This document shows positions 62,865-64,000 of a stretch of 64,000 nucleotides of DNA, piece after piece. Every line of letters starts with the position of its first letter. Positions within the stretch are counted from its first letter, which is position 1. Source of the DNA: Justusliebigvirus VEcB; sequence record OZ035773.1. The stretch is one strand, 5' to 3'. Made by a program: the position numbers and the translations under genes. The notes under the pieces are model-generated. The model saw only the letters and a program-made list of their open reading frames with translations, ran no database searches and had not been told where the DNA came from.

Positions 62865-63455
62865 TTAAGGTAGTAAAATACTTTCAATTTCTTCCCACTG
62901 ATTATCTAAACCAGTGATAATTACATTAGGAAGTTTCTTTAACTCTTCCAAGTATGGATCTTCGTAAATAGTGTTGAAATATATTTTCAACGTTTCATCT
63001 GGAAATAGGACAAGATTTTCAGCCCTATCGTCAATAGTTACGTCGCAAGGTAATAAGTATTTTTCTTTTGTTGCGAAAAAGCCATTACCAGATGTTCTAC
63101 TAAAGTCCACTCTATCTAAAGATCGTGTTACGTGTCTATATTTAGAACTAAGGTGTCCACCCTTAGTGTGGCTTGCTATAGATATATTAGCTCCATTTGC
63201 AATTATACGATGAACAACATCTGTACTATTAGGTACTACTCCCATAGTATCATATAGATGTTGGTTATCCCAAAAAGAGTAAGGATCTACACCAAATTGC
63301 TTTTTAAAATCAGGAAAATATTTCGTAATATCATAATGCACAGTCTTATGTGCCTTATCAAATTTGATATTAGATCTACTTACCGCATTTAACCAACTCA
63401 ACCATTCTACATCGGCAGGAGCTATTACTAAATCCCAATCACATACTAGACGCAT
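62865..63455 (-). CDS. HAD-superfamily 5'(3')-deoxyribonucleotidase-like protein
   Basis: From ATG 63455 (SD AGGAGAAATA): N-terminal MRLVCDWDLVIAP (HAD motif I DxD); track ORF extends 38 codons into tk. Confidence 0.5.
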   Translation of the reverse strand: MRLVCDWDLVIAPADVEWLSWLNAVSRSNIKFDKAHKTVHYDITKYFPDFKKQFGVDPYSFWDNQHLYDTMGVVPNSTDVVHRIIANGANISIASHTKGGHLSSKYRHVTRSLDRVDFSRTSGNGFFATKEKYLLPCDVTIDDRAENLVLFPDETLKIYFNTIYEDPYLEELKKLPNVIITGLDNQWEEIESILLP

Positions 63456-64000
63456 TATTTCTCCTGTTATAACATTTTCTACACATTGTTTCGTAAATAT
63501 CTTCTCCTCCAATAACAATCTGTTCTTTAGAGTCGATAAGTCTAGCATTGAAAATAGCTTTTCTTCCACATTTACAAATGCTTTTCAATTCTGTAATTGA
63601 ATCTGCTATGGCTAATAACCGTTCAGAACCTTCAAACAATTCTGTAGCAAAATCTGTTTTAAGCCCATAACAGAATACAGGAATATCGTAATTATCTACC
63701 ACATCTCCAAGAATGTCAACCATATCTTTAGTTAGGAATTGTGATTCGTCCACAAACACTGCATCTACTGGATTTTCTTTAAGTTGTGTATAAATTTCCA
63801 GCATATCTTCTTTTGTTTTAACTGGTTTTGCTTCCTCTTTAATACCTATCCTAGAAGCAATAGCACAACCAGACCTGGTATCTAAAGCTGAAGTTAAAAG
63901 AAGAACTTTCATATTTCTTTCTTTATAGTTCCAAGCTGTTTGTAGCAGATGTGTGCTTTTACCACTGTTCATCGGACTATATCGGAAATAAAGTTTAGCC
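63439..64000 (-). CDS. tk: thymidine kinase (5' end beyond right edge)
   Basis: ...LYFRYSPMNSGKSTHLLQ (P-loop), VFVDESQFL, CYGLKTDF, C-terminal CKCGRKA...CRKCY zinc motif; reading frame open to window end. Confidence 0.85.
   Translation of the reverse strand, partial: AKLYFRYSPMNSGKSTHLLQTAWNYKERNMKVLLLTSALDTRSGCAIASRIGIKEEAKPVKTKEDMLEIYTQLKENPVDAVFVDESQFLTKDMVDILGDVVDNYDIPVFCYGLKTDFATELFEGSERLLAIADSITELKSICKCGRKAIFNARLIDSKEQIVIGGEDIYETMCRKCYNRRNNASSM

Noticed and set aside
1-64000. Assignment to a specific phage genus, and calling late promoters by T4-style TATAAATA motifs
   Set aside because: Gene content mixes T4-like (lysozyme, tk) with atypical genes (thyX, rml, recombinase). Without similarity searches the lineage cannot be fixed, and AT-rich sequence gives many chance TATA-like matches.

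Overview
This window looks like a segment of a large, AT-rich virulent dsDNA phage genome, with consensus sigma70-type promoters (TTGACA/TATAAT) and Shine-Dalgarno sites typical of an enterobacterial-type host. I cannot assign the phage lineage; the lysozyme and thymidine kinase look T4-type. Everything below is from reading the sequence and the supplied ORF track by eye: no database search was run, so all domain calls are motif-level, and coordinates of non-coding elements are approximate (+/- 2 nt). Layout: (1) 1-12.0 kb, minus-strand arm: nrdD (partial), a UvrD-like helicase split by an intein, MazG-like and YqeY-like proteins, DUF4326, many small ORFs. (2) 12.1-16.5 kb, plus-strand accessory island: DUF2829 (Tad2-like) protein, membrane proteins, AAA+ ATPase, zinc-ribbon/GIY-YIG-like protein, NADAR protein. 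(3) 16.5-18.0 kb, non-coding: three ~70-bp tandem repeats, a cluster of Fur-box-like palindromes, and a GC-rich islet with a 31-aa hydrophobic peptide ORF. (4) 18.0-26.7 kb, plus-strand array of about 25 small genes, most behind a cassette of strong promoter + GC-rich 5' stem-loop + SD. (5) 26.7-28.5 kb, 1.8 kb non-coding region with palindromes, ~22-bp-spaced iterons and more Fur-box-like sites (candidate origin or regulatory hub). (6) 28.5-40.5 kb, plus-strand block of small genes containing at least four paralogous families. (7) 40.5-64 kb, minus-strand arm: Sir2-like protein, Dcm-type and Dam-like methyltransferases, DprA-like protein, Ser/Thr phosphatase, serine recombinase, HslV-like peptidase, PhoH, T4-type lysozyme, glutaredoxin, a complete rmlBACD dTDP-rhamnose operon, nrdA/nrdB, thyX, a HAD nucleotidase and tk (partial). 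No tRNA, rRNA or CRISPR array was recognised. The most interesting candidates are the accessory island at 12.1-16.5 kb, the promoter/stem-loop cassette array, the two Fur-box-like/iteron non-coding regions, the phage-borne rml operon and the Sir2-like gene.
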